Source of the DNA: Chiloscyllium plagiosum | Lineage: Eukaryota | DNA length: 64,000 nucleotides | Assembly (NCBI RefSeq): GCF_004010195.1 | Contig: NC_057719.1 | Location: 92,560,037 to 92,624,036, forward strand | Reading direction: 5' to 3' | Part shown: positions 1-12,227 of the stretch, one piece after another | Numbering within the stretch: position 1 is the first letter of the stretch | How the letters are laid out: each line of letters begins with the position of its first letter | Program-made: the position numbers and the translations under genes | The notes under the pieces: generated by a model | Told to the model about the DNA's origin: nothing | The model's database searches: none | Seen by the model: only the letters and a program-made list of their open reading frames with translations

Positions 1-285
1 TCCTAGGATGGATGTGTTGTCCCAGTCGAAGTGGTGTCCTTCCTCATCCGTATGTAATGATACTAAGTGAGAGTGGGTCATGTCCTTTTGTGGCTAATTG
101 ATGTTCATGTATCCTGGTGGCTAGTTTTCTGCCGGTTTGTCCAATGTAGAGTTTGTTACAGTTCTTGCAAGGTATTTTGTAAATGGCGTTAGTTTTGCTT
201 GTTGTCTGTATAGGGTCTTTCAAGTTCATGAGCTGCTGTGTTAGTGTGTTGGTGGGTTTGTGGGCTGCCATAATGCTGATAGGGC
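1..285 (-). mobile_element. Penelope-like element (Poseidon-type) GIY-YIG endonuclease fragment
   Basis: ORF 44-316 reads AIYKIPCKNCNKLYIGQTGRKLATRIHEH (GIY-YIG). Same family as 54036-54510. Confidence 0.9.
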
Positions 286-494
286 TGGGATCATGGAAAA
301 GTGGTGACATTTCCATGCATCCAGTGTCTTTGTTACTCTAGCTGGTTTACATGTTGCGTTTAGATGGGTCTGTTGGAAGACCCTTTGTGAGTAACTGCAA
401 TACGTCTTGTAGATGGTACACAGAGATGTTGCTGTGCATTGGTGGTGAAGGGAGGGAATAATCAAAGTGGATTATGGTTTACTACTCAAGCTCC

Positions 495-640
495 ATCTAC
501 GCAAGGTGCAAGAAAGAAACAGATTTAACATTGACTGAGTTCTGATGAAGGACCACTGGATTTGAAACAATAATCTGTCTCTCTGTCTCTCTCTCTCCAC
601 AGATGCTGCTAGATCTGCTGGGTTTCTCCAGCAATTTGTA
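495..640. repeat. Old Penelope-derived terminal repeat with degenerate hammerhead motif
   Basis: CTGATGA-AGGACCACTGGATTT-GAAAC at 542-568, followed by ...ccacagatgctgctagatctgctg...tccagca, homologous to the younger copies. Confidence 0.6.
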
Positions 641-1110
641 CATTTGCAACATTTCTTTGAAAACTTGTGACATAAAATTTGAACCTTGGTCTGACTGTAT
701 TGCTTTGGGTAATCAATGCCACATAAATAATAAGAAAAATAACAATCCTTTCATATGTCAATTTGGCAGCTCTTTTTAAACCAAAATGCACAGTTTCAGG
801 ATTTTGTTTGGAGACATCCATCGTTGTTCAAAGAGATAGATTCCCATTTCTGATTTTAGCTAAGAGTCGTGCACAATTAATTGAAACCTTGCAAAATGAT
901 TTCTCACAACCAGGTTTTGGAATTAAAGATGCAAGCTGAGGTGAGGAACAGACTTTCTGCACTACCTGACACGCAAGGCATTTGTGGTAAAATTTGACTC
1001 CATCTTTATATAATCTTGGACAATAAAAATACTTTAATATTGTAGCCTGTTCTTTTTTTCCCAATCTTAAGTGAGCTGCCATAGGAATTTTATCAACCAT
1101 TTGTAAAGCC
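640..1110 (-). mobile_element. Ty3/Gypsy integrase remnant
   Basis: Translation AAHLRLGK..ILKYFYCPRLYKDGVKFYHKCLACQVV..LIPKP..SFCKVSINC fits a degenerate HHCC zinc finger plus the start of the core, continuing in ORF 609-821. Confidence 0.7.
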
Positions 1111-1119
1111 TAGCTATGA

Positions 1120-1405
1120 GGGGAATGGCATGTTGGCTCAGTGGTAATCACTGCTGCCTAAAAGTATCAAGGACGTATGTTCAGTTCCCACCTCTGGTGA
1201 CTGTCTGTATAGAGTTTGCACATTCTGTCCGTGTCTGTTCAAAGATGTGCAGATTAGGTGAATTGGTCATGTTAAATTGCCCATACTGTGCAGACCATGT
1301 CGATTAGCCAATATAAATGCAGGTTTGTGGGGATGCTCTTTCGAGGGTGAGTACCGACTCAATGGGTCAAATGGCCTTTATTTCCTCTCCAGGGATTCTA
1401 CTAAC
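1120..1405 (+). mobile_element. Old HE1-like tRNA-derived SINE
   Basis: A-box-like TGGCTCAGTGG and central gactgtctgtatagagtttgcacattct / gattaggtgaattggtcatgttaaattgccc, as in the young copies. Confidence 0.7.
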
Positions 1406-1720
1406 ATTTATTTTCCATCATTCACAGGATGGGGCAATCGTTGGCCACGCCAGCCTTACTGCCCATCCCTAATTACCCAGAGGGCACTTAAGAGTCAATA
1501 ACTCATTGCTGTGGGCCTGGAGTCTTGTGTCAGCCAGACCAGGTAAGGATAGCAGTTTCCTTCCCTAAAAGACATTGGTGAACTAGATGGGTTTTCCTGA
1601 CAATGAACAATAGTGGCCATTAGGCTTCTAATTTCTAACGTGATAGGATTTGAAACTGGCCCCGACAACATCGTCTGGGTCTCTGTATTAAGAGTGCAGT
1701 GAAAATACCGCTAGGCTGTT
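1406..1720 (-). mobile_element. Second tRNA-headed shark SINE family (L2-partnered, possibly Deu-type)
   Basis: Reverse-complement homolog of 9520-9860 (gcccatccctaatt.cccagagggca; ctggagt...gt.agcca). Confidence 0.6.
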
Positions 1721-2324
1721 ACCTGGTTGCTGTTTGAGATGGGTTCCAATTCCCCATCAATACTTTGTCTTTGAACTAATAACACAGAATAGAATCACAG
1801 GATTTAGTGAACAGAAGGAGGCTATTCGATCCATCATAACTACACCAGCTCTAGATAGAGTTACCCAGCTAGTCCCACTCTGCAGCGCTATCTTCATAGC
1901 CCTTAGCAAATAACACTCCAATATTGTTTCTGATTCAATTTCTGAGTGAGCTGATTTTTCAATATCAAATCCATTTGGACATTTCCATGAAAGAAAATGG
2001 GTTGAACATGTGAACCTCATTGTCTTTATCTTGTGTTGTTAATTCTTTGAAATTTTATCTGACAGCCGAATTTGGACATTGCTTCTCTCTTTCCTTGGAT
2101 ATGAGATTCAGTCACAACGCAGTTAGGAAACAATCCAATTGTTCCTCCTGCAAAAGCTTGTATGTTTTACTTCCACAGGTTGATCTGCTACCTTTGGTGA
2201 AGCCAATATTCCTGAACTTAGCAGGTCACTTCTACAAAACTTGCTTTACTACTCTCACGACATCTTCTCCGTATACCAAGTCAAATTTTAAAACAACTAA
2301 AGATAATGATGCAGGAATGTCTGT

Positions 2325-2812
2325 CAGTACTGACACTATAATCATGTGTTAGTTCTTTACCACTGACCCTTTAATAATGAGGTGCTCCCTTAGTACTGAC
2401 ACGCTGACAATGAGGCCCTCCCTCATACCCTGGCTGATTATTGACTCTCTGTTACTAACGCAATCCCTAAGTTCTGACCCCCTATGACATTGAAAAACTG
2501 CATAAGTAATGACCCTCTGACAATGAGGCACTCCTTCAGTACTGACCCTCTAACAAATAGCCTCGGGCAACTGTCTGTGTGAGGTTTGCATGTTCTCCCC
2601 GTGTCTGCGTGTGTTTCCCTCAAGTATGAACTCATTACACTGAGGCACTGAACCCGTGTATTAGTGATGGAGGGACAATACTTAAACAGTGCTTTTTTTG
2701 TGAAGGGATCAAAACTGAGGGAGTGCTACAAAATTAGTGGGTCAGCACTGAGGTACTGAAGCACTTGTCAGAAGCTTAGTACTGACGGAGTGCTTCTTTG
2801 TCAGAGAGTCAG
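2325..2812. repeat. Degenerate minisatellite of ~33-bp unit, present in both orientations
   Basis: Recurrent cagtactgaccctct.acaatgaggcactccct units on + (2325-2555) and their reverse complement (2640-2812). Confidence 0.6.
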
Positions 2813-2818
2813 AAACGA

Positions 2819-3155
2819 GTAAACAGAGGATTAGATAAGGTGTACAGGGAGAGCCTTATTCCAAGTATGCTGACGGTGATCACCTGGGGGCATAGCTTTA
2901 ACTTGAGGGGTGATAGATATAGGACAGATGTCAGAGGTAATTTCTTTACTCAGAGAGTAGTAAGGGTATGGAATGCTTTGCCTGCAATGGTAGTAAATTC
3001 GCCAACTTTAAGTGCATTTAAGTCGTCATTGGACAAGCATATGGACGTTCATGGAATAGTGTAGATTAGATGGGCTTCAGATTGGTATGTCTGGTCGGCG
3101 CAACATCGAGGGCTGAAGGGCCTGTACTGCGCTGTAATGTTCTATGTTCTATGTC
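2819..3155 (+). mobile_element. CR1/HER1 LINE 3' end
   Basis: GHSFNLRGDRYRTDVRGNFFTQRVVRVWNALP, followed by a (TTCTATG)n tail. Confidence 0.9.
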
Positions 3156-5057
3156 TTATTGTTGGAGGTTCCGTCCTGAGGCAGTGACTTGTCAGAGAGT
3201 TAGTGTTGCGAGGTTGTCTAAGTGCCCGAGTCCAAATCTGCCATTTAGGGGTGCCCTGCTCAAATATGCCCATTCAGTATTATCCTTCCCCAAATTATTT
3301 TTATTTCCATCCAGCTATATAGGTCAGTGTTTTCTCAACCCGAGACCCTACCTTTGTAGGGCCTCCCGACAAACTACCTTCTCCAACCTTAAAGACCTGG
3401 GACATATCAAGTAACCATCTCTTCGTTTTTACTTTGTGGTAAGGGGACTAGCAGGGATGGCAGTGCAGGGAGAGCAATGTTCCTCCTGCATGATGTTTGA
3501 GGTGAGGGCCGCCATTAGTATCCCATCCAAGTACATCTGCAGGAAGTGCACCCAACTCTCGCTCCTCCAAGACTGTGTTAGGGAACTGGAGCGGGAGCTG
3601 GATGAACTTCGGATCATTCGGGAGGCAGAGGCTGTGATACAGGGAAGTAGTTACTCCTAGGTACGAAGAAAGCTGGATGACTGTTCGAAGGAGGAAAAAC
3701 AGTCATTGTAGAGATCCCTCGGATCATTCGGGAGGCAGAGGCTGTGATACATAAGAGTTACAGGGAAGTAGTTACTCCTAGGTACGAAGAAAGCTGGATG
3801 ACTGTTCGAAGGAGGAAAAACAGTCATTGTAGAGATCCCCTGTGGTCGTTCTCCTGAAAAACACGTATACCATTTTGGATACTGTTGAGGGGGACGACTT
3901 ACCAGGGGCAAGCAGTGGGGCCTTGGTCTCTGGGACAGAGCCTGTCCCTGTTGCACAGAGGGAAGGAGGGAAAGGAGGAGAGAGTGTTAGTCATTGGGGG
4001 CTCAATAGTTAGAGGCTGAGATAAAAGGTTTGTAGGGAATGAACGAGACTCGCAGTTGGTGTGTTGCCTCCCAGGTGCCAAGGTGTGTGATGTCTCGGAT
4101 CGTATCTTTGGGTTCCTGAAGGGAGAGGGTGACCAGCCTCAAGTCGTTGTCCAAGTAGGTACCAACGACATAGGTAGAAAGAGGGATAGGGATGTAAGGC
4201 AGGATTTCAGGGTGTTAGGGTGGAAGCTGAGAGGTAGAAAAAAAGTTATTATCTCTGGTTTGTTGCCCGTGCCACATTATAGTGAGGCAAGGAATAAGGA
4301 GAGATATCACCTGAAGACGTGGCTGCAAGAATGGTGCAGGAGGGAGGTTTCAGGTTCTTGGATAATTGGGGCTCATTCTGGGGAACGTGGGACTTGTACA
4401 AACAGGACGATCTTCACTTGAACCAGAAGGTACTAATATCCTGGGTGGGAAATTTGCTGGTGCTATTCGGATGGGTTTAAACTAGCTCAGCAGGAGCATA
4501 GGAACCGGAGGTGTAGTTGCAGTGCACAGGACGATGAGAGTAGGAAGGACAGGGACAGGATTTCAGGGTCACAGGAATGTACTGGCAGCCAGTAAACTGG
4601 TTTGAAGTGTGTCTACTTCAACGCCAGAAGTATCCGAAATAAGGTAGGTGAGCTTGCAGCATGGATAGGTACCTGGGACTTCGTTGTTGTGGCCATTTCG
4701 GAGACATGGTTAGAGCAGGGTGAGGAATGGATGTTGCAGGTTCCAGGACTTAGATCTTTCATTAAGAACAGGCAAGGCAGTAAAAGAGGGAAAGGCATGG
4801 CCTTGTTAGTCAAGGATTATATAACGGTGGCTGAGAGAACGTTTGATGAGGACTCGCCCACTGAGGTAGTGTGGGCTGAGGTTAGAAACATGAGAGAAGA
4901 GGTCACACTGCCCAAAGTTTTTATAGGCCTCCGCAGAGTTCCAAGGAGGTGGAAGAGAGGATTAGCAAACATATTCTGGGTAGGAGTGAAAGGAACAGGG
5001 TGGTCATTATGGGGGACTTTAACTTCCCCAACATTGACTGGAAATGCTATAACTCTA

Positions 5058-6205
5058 CGGAATGGGGCTATTTGGCCCCGTCGTTTTGGCTATAAACTGT
5101 TTTCACCCGATGTAATTTCCTCAACTAGCAAGAGTTGATAGTCAAAGCTGTAATGATCCATTGTAGATTCAAATCTCGTTTTGTAACCCTTCTTAAGCCC
5201 TTCTGTCTTCACATTGGAAAGCTGTAATACAATTTTCTCTCCATTTTCTTGTACAGCCCATACCAGAAATGGTTGAAAACATTCTAAGCAAGAGAGACAA
5301 GCCAAAATTTTCACACGATGGTTATCTATATGTATTTGATAAATGTAGCAAAAGCGACCCACCTTTAATGTTTTGGAGATGTGAATTAAAGAACGAGTGC
5401 AAAGGTCGCATTCACACTAAAAACCATGAAGTAATAAAATAAGTGAACGAGCATTCTCATGGTGCTTCAGCAGTAAGTGTGGAAATTGCTACCATCAAAA
5501 CAAGTGTAAAATTAGATTAGATTAGATTACAGTGTGGAAACAGGCCCTTCGGCCCAACAAGTCCACACCGACCCGCCGAAGCAAAACCCACCCATACCCC
5601 TACATTTACCCCTTATCTAACACTACGGGCAATTTAGTATGGCCAATTCACCTGACCCTGCACATCTTTGGACTGTGGGAGGAAACCGGAGCACCCGGAG
5701 GAAACCCACGCAGACACGGGGAGAACGTGCAAACTCCACACAGTCAGTCGCCTGAGTCGGGAATTGAACCCGGGTCTCTGGCGCTGCGAGGCAGCAGTGC
5801 TAACCACTGTGCCACCGTGCCACCCACTAAAGCTGAGGGAAAGCTGAGGAAACTTTTGAATGGCCGTCATCAGTTATAAATGTTTGCATTGAAAATAGTT
5901 CTCAAGCTGCTCAGGCAGTAAGTATCATCAAGACAGTAGATAACTATTAACAATTGTTAAATGAAAAAAATGATTACAAAACGAAATTTGAGTCTACAGC
6001 GGGTCATTACGGCTTTGACTATCAACTCTTGCTAGTTGAGAAAATTACATCGGGTCGTTAGTCATCCTCTCTTCTTTCACCACACAAGACTTCTTTAAAA
6101 TTCTGAATTGGCGCCAAAACAGCTCAGCGCCAAAGTAATGAGCGCCAAAACAGCGGGGGCCAAATGATCGGCTCCCAGAGGGCGGTGCCAAAACGTACCC
6201 GACCC
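5058..6205. mobile_element. Non-autonomous DNA transposon, MULE/Rehavkus- or foldback-like
   Basis: 9-bp TSD ATAACTCTA (5049-5057 and 6206-6214) restores the CR1. About 85-bp inverted repeats at 5106-5190 and 5972-6054, plus terminal TTTGGC subrepeats. Confidence 0.75.
5511..5825 (-). mobile_element. Young HE1-type SINE nested in the DNA transposon
   Basis: tRNA-like head with A/B boxes (GGTGGCACAGTGG, GGTTCAATTCC), CR1-like 3' end and (TCTAA)n tail. Confidence 0.9.
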
Positions 6206-7124
6206 ATAACTCTAGTAAGTTGGATGGATCCATTTTTGTGCGATGTGTACAGGAGGGTTTCCTGACACAGTATGTCGAAGGGCTGACAAGAGGGGAGACC
6301 ACATTGGATCTAGTGCTTGGTAATGAACCAGGCCAGGTGTTTGATTTAGTTGTAGGTGAGCACTTTGGAGAGAGTGACCATAATTCAGTTCCGTTTAGTT
6401 TAGCGATGGAAAGGGATAGATACATGCCACAGGGCAAGAGTTATCGATGGTGCAAGGCAATTATAATGCGATTAGGCAGGAATTAGGATGCATAGAATGG
6501 GGTAGCAAAATGCAGAGGGGATGCAGACAATCGAAATGTGGAGCTGGTTTAAGGAACAGATATTGTGTGTCCTTGATAGGTATGTCCCTGTCAGCCAGGG
6601 AGGAAGTGATAAGGTAAGGGAACCATGGCTTACAACAGAAATTGAATCTCTTGTTACGAAGAAGAAGGAGACTTATGTGTCGGCAAGGCAAAATGGTTCA
6701 GGTGAGGCGATGGAGAGTTACAGATCAGCTAGGAGCAAAGAGAGGACACGAGCAGTCTTTAGCAAATAGAATAAAGGAGAACCCTAAAGATTTCTATTGG
6801 TATGTGAGGAACAAAAGGATGATTAGGGTAAGAATCGGGCCAATCTAAGACAGAAGTAGGAAGTTGAGTGTCGACCCTGTGGAAATCGGAGAGGTGCTAT
6901 ATAAACACCTCTCAGACTGCAGTTAGATCACACTTGCAGAGTATGTTCAGTTCTGAGCTGCAATGCTGTGCATGATTTAATCTGATTATTACTATCATAT
7001 ACCAACAGATAATGAAAAGTAATGGCCCGGTGCTAAGCAGACAAATCACACATTACATGATTACTTCAGGCTAACAGAGGTGATGCAGACTATACCGTTA
7101 CAGCTACAGAGAAGGAGCAGAGAT

Positions 7125-7640
7125 AGATCAACTCCAATATATGAGAAGTTCATTAATACGTCTGATTACAGCGGAAAAGAAGGTGTTCTTAAATATGTGG
7201 TATGGGTTTAAATTTTTGTATCTTCCGCCTGATCGAAGAGGATGGAAGAGACTATTAATGGGGTGGGAGGGGTATCTGATTAAGTTGGCTGCTTTACCCG
7301 AGGCAGCCGCATTGTCGACGGTATCAATGAAAGGAAAGTCGGTTTTCAAAATGGACTGGGCTGATTTGACAGTTCTCTGTAATTTCTTGCGAACTTGGGC
7401 AGAGCAGTTATCAAACCAGACTCTGATGCACCTGATAGGATACTTCCTATGGTGCAACCATAAAAAAGTTGTTAAGCGTCATTGTGTTCATGCAGTATTT
7501 CCTTAGCCTTTTGAGGAAGGAGAGGCATTGGTGTATTTTCTTGATTGTAGTGTTGATGTGGATGGATCAGGATAGACCGTAGGCAACATTTACTCCAAGA
7601 AAATTGAACGTCTTGAAAACCCTTGCATCAGCATCATTGA
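7125..7640 (-). mobile_element. Rex1/Babar-like LINE 3' fragment
   Basis: CIRVWFDNCSAQVRKKLQRTVKSAQSI..HPINSLFHPLRSGGRY..FKNTFF. Confidence 0.75.
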
Positions 7641-8167
7641 TACAGACAGAGGAGCAGAAAGTACAAATGAATCATTGTTTATTTCATCTTTCAAAAACTT
7701 GAGGATAGCTCGAGTAAAAGTACTTTTTTGCAGGTTAGGTTACAAAATGCAGCAAACTAGTTGTCAAAATATTACATCATATATCATCCATAGGTAAAAT
7801 ATGCTTCAACTCTCCAAACGAAGTTACTTCAGCAATTTCTGATCACACGGGTTACTCAGCAGGTTGAATGATAGGCTAAATGTCTGATGACCTCTCTCCA
7901 GCATGTAGCTGTTTCTGTGATTCCTGGGAGTGATGGTTTTCCCATGTACCAGGCGCAATTGCCTTTCTCATTCCTGTGTTTCGAGAAATCTGTTGGTTTT
8001 CTGGTCACTAAAGCCTGTTTCCTTTCCTCCTCTCCTGTCTTTCTCCGCTCTCCCATCGAGGTCAGAGTTTTGTGTCGCTCCAGATTGGGCGACAGGTTCT
8101 GTCGACTTACTGAACCAATTGCGTGCTCGTGGCAATTCAGCAGCTTTCATGGTCACGTTTTCCTCTT

Positions 8168-8458
8168 CTGAAAATGTGTTGCTGGAAAAGCGCAGCAGGT
8201 CAGGCAGCATCCAGGTAACAGGAGAATCGACGTTTCGGGCATAAGCCCTTCTTCAGGAATGAGGAAAGTGTGTCAAGCAGGCTAAGATAAAAGGTAGGGA
8301 GGAGGGACTTGGGGGAGGGGCGTTGGAAATGCGATAGGTGGAAAGAGGTCAAGGTGAGGGTGATAGGTCAGACTGGGGAGGGGGCGGAGAGGTCAGGAAG
8401 AAGATTGCAGGCTAGGAAGGCGGTGCTGAGTTCGATGGATTTGTCTGAGACAAGGTGA
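8168..8458 (-). mobile_element. Young Penelope (Neptune-type) terminal-repeat fragment
   Basis: Near-identical to 42104-42447 and 53016-53315, and homologous to the end of the element at 31203-33915. Confidence 0.88.
8225..8260 (-). ncRNA. Minimal type I hammerhead ribozyme motif
   Basis: Minus strand reads ATTC-CTGAAGA-A-GGGC-TTAT-GCCC-GAAAC-GTC-GATT. Confidence 0.8.
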
Positions 8459-8645
8459 GAGAACTTTCATGACCAAGGGCTATGACCAAGATGCTCTGTC
8501 ATCAGAGCATCTTGGTCATAGCCCTTCTTGCTCATGTTCATAGCCCTTCTTGCTCATGTTCATGACTAGCTTCTGATTGCATTCCAGTACACACGATACT
8601 AATGACCTTGCTGAACCTTGTAGTATTTTGCCTTTAGACACGTGT

Positions 8646-8973
8646 GGGCGGCACGGTGGCACAGTGGTTAGCACTGCTGCCTCACAGCGCCAGAGACCCG
8701 GGTTCAATTCCCGCCTCAGGCGACTGACTGTGTGGAGTTTGCACGTTCTCCCCATGTCTGCGTGGGTTTCCTCCGGGTGCTCCGGTTTCCTCCCACAATC
8801 CAAAGATGTGCAGGTCAGGTGAATTGACCATGTTAAATTGCCCGTAGTGTTAGGTAATGGGTAGATGTAGGGGTATGGGTGGGTTGCGCTTCGGCGGGTC
8901 GGGCCGAAGGGTGTGGACTTGTTGGGCCGAAGGGCCTGTTTCCACACTGTAAGTAATCTAATCTAAAAAAAAA
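8646..8973 (+). mobile_element. Young HE1-type SINE
   Basis: Same sequence family as 5511-5825, with a (TAATC)n/A tail. Confidence 0.9.
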
Positions 8974-9519
8974 CTATCGACTGTTCCATTGTAGGCATCA
9001 TCCCATAAACACCCCCACCAAGGACATTTAGAAAACAGTTTATTCTCATGTGATGTCTTCTCAAAATCCCAGAAGAAATAAAAAAAAACCTCTTGAATTT
9101 TATGAAGAAGCCTCACAATCTAAGACTTAACTCCAGCAGTGAACTCAAACTTCTAGCTCAGCAACAATCTCAGTGACTGAAAACAAAACTAAAGATCTAC
9201 CTGATTCTGTGTGAGTTCTGACATCCACCACTCATTCTTCTTTTTTCTAACTAAAAAAAACACAGACCCCAGGGGTAACTCCAAGCTGCTTACTACTGTC
9301 TGCAGCAAACATACCTTCACCATTGGGATAACGCAATTTAGCGACAGAAACATGACAGAGCAAATCTTTCTAAAGGCACAGTACAGTCACAACACGTGCT
9401 CTCCATGTCTCCGTGTGTTTCCAACAGGTACTCTGGTTCTCACCTACATCACAAATGTACAGATTAGGTGAATTAGCAATGCTACAATTACCTCGCACTC
9501 TCCGTGGCAATAACCTGCT

Positions 9520-9860
9520 CTTTTTAATCACGTGACTGTTAATCCCAAAACTCAGCTAATGATCCGGGATCCAGGAGAAAACCCCACATTGACAGATGGT
9601 GAAATGTGAATTCGGTAACGCATCTACACTTGCGCACCTACTGACAATCATGAAACCATGGTCAACTGTTGGGGTGGAAAAAAAAATCTAGTTCACGAAG
9701 AGCCTTTAGGGAAAGAAACAGCCATTTTCTTTTTACTTTGTGTGGCCTATATGTCACTCCAGACCCAAGCAACGTGGTTGACTGTTAACAGCCCCCCTCT
9801 GGGCAATTAGGGATGGGCAATAAACGCTGGCCTGTCTGGCAATGCTTGAATGAAGTTTTT
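9520..9860 (+). mobile_element. Second SINE family, degenerate
   Basis: Homolog of 1406-1720, with 3' tail ctgggcaattagggatgggcaataaacgctggcc. Confidence 0.6.
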
Positions 9861-12227
9861 TTTTAAAAAAAGGATGTGCAGGCTTTTGCTCGATTAGCCA
9901 TGCTATAAACGGGATTCAAACATCAGAGAAGGATGCTGTTCAATGTTTGGTGCATTATTGACGTGCTGAAAGCCCTCCATCTGCGCGATCGGAAGTCGAG
10001 GATTCTTGTTAAGAATAGGATAAGGCAGTGCTGAGTGGAATAATGATGAGCTGGCCTTCTGCACCAAGTCATTGTTCTCAAATCCGCCTGTGAAGAATGC
10101 GATATTGTCACGATAAACGTCGTGCCCAGCTTGGGAGTGATTTAAAATAGCAATGAATTAATGATTGGAAAGACAAGCAAGTGAGACAAAAACAAATCAC
10201 GCTGAATGCTGGAAACCGGAAAGAAAACTCGACAGATCTGGCAGGAGTTTGGAACAGAGAATCAATATTAATTGTTTTGGATTAAATGTGATTCTTCTTC
10301 TTCCTCCTCCCCTTGGGAAAAAAAATCTAGGTTTTCTTTTCTTTAATATATGGTGGAATAAATAATTCTGTTGTCTCTAAGTATTTTATGCTTGAATTGT
10401 GCAAAATAGTCCCTTTTCATTGATGCATTCTATGCAAGCAGCACCTGCACTAACCCCTTTGTGAAAATATACGTGGGAAATGTAAAGTTCCAGTCGAATA
10501 GTTGTCTCCCTGAAGCCTGCGATCACTTACAAATATGCTCCACTCTCAGTGTTCAGCGCGCTCAGAGCTTCATTTAAAAATACACGAAATATGAACCGGT
10601 CTGCTGCTTTCCATTTACTATCCAATAATTGCATCGATTGACCTTCCACGCAAGACATTTTCATAATTTGATAGGAGCCTGATTCATTGGTTAGATGTAT
10701 AAATTCGCTCAATTTACACTTTTCCACGTTGCGAAAAAAAAATCACTTACCATCTTATAGTGACACCTGTCTGCCATTGTGCAGTGGGTTAAACTGGAAT
10801 ACTTTCTTCCTATTGTTTCCATTTTAACTGCTATATTTTTTAACAACATATTGCTTTTTCATGTATTAGCAACACAGCTGATCCCTTTAAGTTTTATCAA
10901 TTCATTCCTTTACTCTTACAATTTATTCACAATATGTGTAAAATTTATCGCTTCAGCCACATCTTGCGTCCTTTCATTGCTTTAATTACCGATTTTGTCA
11001 TATGTGCTACTGACATCTCACAATGTGAATCTCGTCATATTAAGCTATTAGGAATGTCAATTTTTTTTACTTTTTCAACAAAGAAGTAAAATTCATTTCG
11101 TTCAGTCATTTATAATAAAGCAACGTGTGAACATTCAAATCATTAACTTGATATAACCCAATTATGTCTCGTTGGAGCACTGTATCTGTGGGGATCTAGT
11201 CAAATTGTAATAATGGTTTAAATATCCTTCTAATGTGCCATTGATTTTGACAGGTATGTAAAGATTTCGATATTTATTTCATTGATTGCGTGGGGATATT
11301 GCAACACTAATGACTAATTGTGATTAATAAAATCATTGGCACACTGAGATTTTGAACGCATATAAGAAATGTTAAGATGTCTGGTAATGCATGTTTGCTT
11401 TGGATTTTAAGGGGGAGCGCAGTGTTTGCATTCCGCAATCTATACCACTCACTGTTTCAGCCGGACTCTGCCATTTCCTATTCCTGTGGATAGTTCTGAA
11501 GTGACGTCCGTTGAGATTAGATTTTGTTCGTGATCGTAAAACCGCAAATATCCCTCGCAGTTTCCATCTCCATCACCCGTCATGCTGGAAGAAGGCTCCA
11601 CAAATATTTGCCTAGCTCATATGCAAGAGACAAGGTTTTTATCTGAAGTCGTCATAGCAAGTACAAGTTGATGATTTATCAAGACATCACAGCAAGGCTC
11701 AGAGGAAGTATTATTTCGTTTCGACTTCTTCCACCGTGTGACTCGGAAGATCCTGCAATCGTCACTCATTTATACGCACAGAAAGTTCTCAAGTAGCAGA
11801 AAGGTCTGCTGTCTAGTCACTCCAGTCTGCCCACAGATTTTGATAAGAAGAAGTTGATTGCAATTTTAAGTTAATGACATGCTTTAATGAGAAGAAGTCA
11901 TCTTTAATCGACAATAAGATATACTTCATTATCTCATTCGATATCACACTTTGTGACGAGTTAATTGCTTAATTTCCTCATTTGAATATTTACGCTATGT
12001 TCCGGCTGATTTTCTTTCTCCACCATCAATGTCTTATCGTCTCGCAATACCCTCAACAAATTAGTTAACATTTCATGCCTAACTTGTAATTCAGTCGACT
12101 ATTTTAGAGATGGATGTGATTTTGCCAAGTCTAGCGTATGCTTACAAACTTACAATGAAAACGAAACTTGACGTCTTGTATTTGACATAGAATATGATAC
12201 AATAGAAAAAGTTCAGGTTCAAAGGTC

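Larger units (their letters stand above)
3440..6910 (+). mobile_element. CR1 LINE 5' portion: ORF1 (zinc finger, coiled coil, SGNH esterase) and ORF2 APE endonuclease; degenerate and interrupted at 5058-6205
   Basis: CSSCMM..CRKC; VCCLPGAKV..VVQVGTNDIG; CVYFNARSIRNK..VAISETWL; GDFNFPNIDW; resumes at 6206 with TLDLVLGN..GESDHNSV. Confidence 0.92.

Noticed and set aside
2325..2812. CRISPR-like array
   Set aside because: Degenerate tandem units with no unique spacers, no cas genes, and a vertebrate context.
5532..5879. Recurring ORFs such as MWKQALRPNKSTP.. and ..DCGRKPEHPEETHADTGRTCKLHT (also at 8516, 22981, 34887)
   Set aside because: Spurious translations of HE1 SINEs.
8646..8720. tRNA gene
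   Set aside because: The A and B boxes belong to a SINE head that runs straight into the SINE body.
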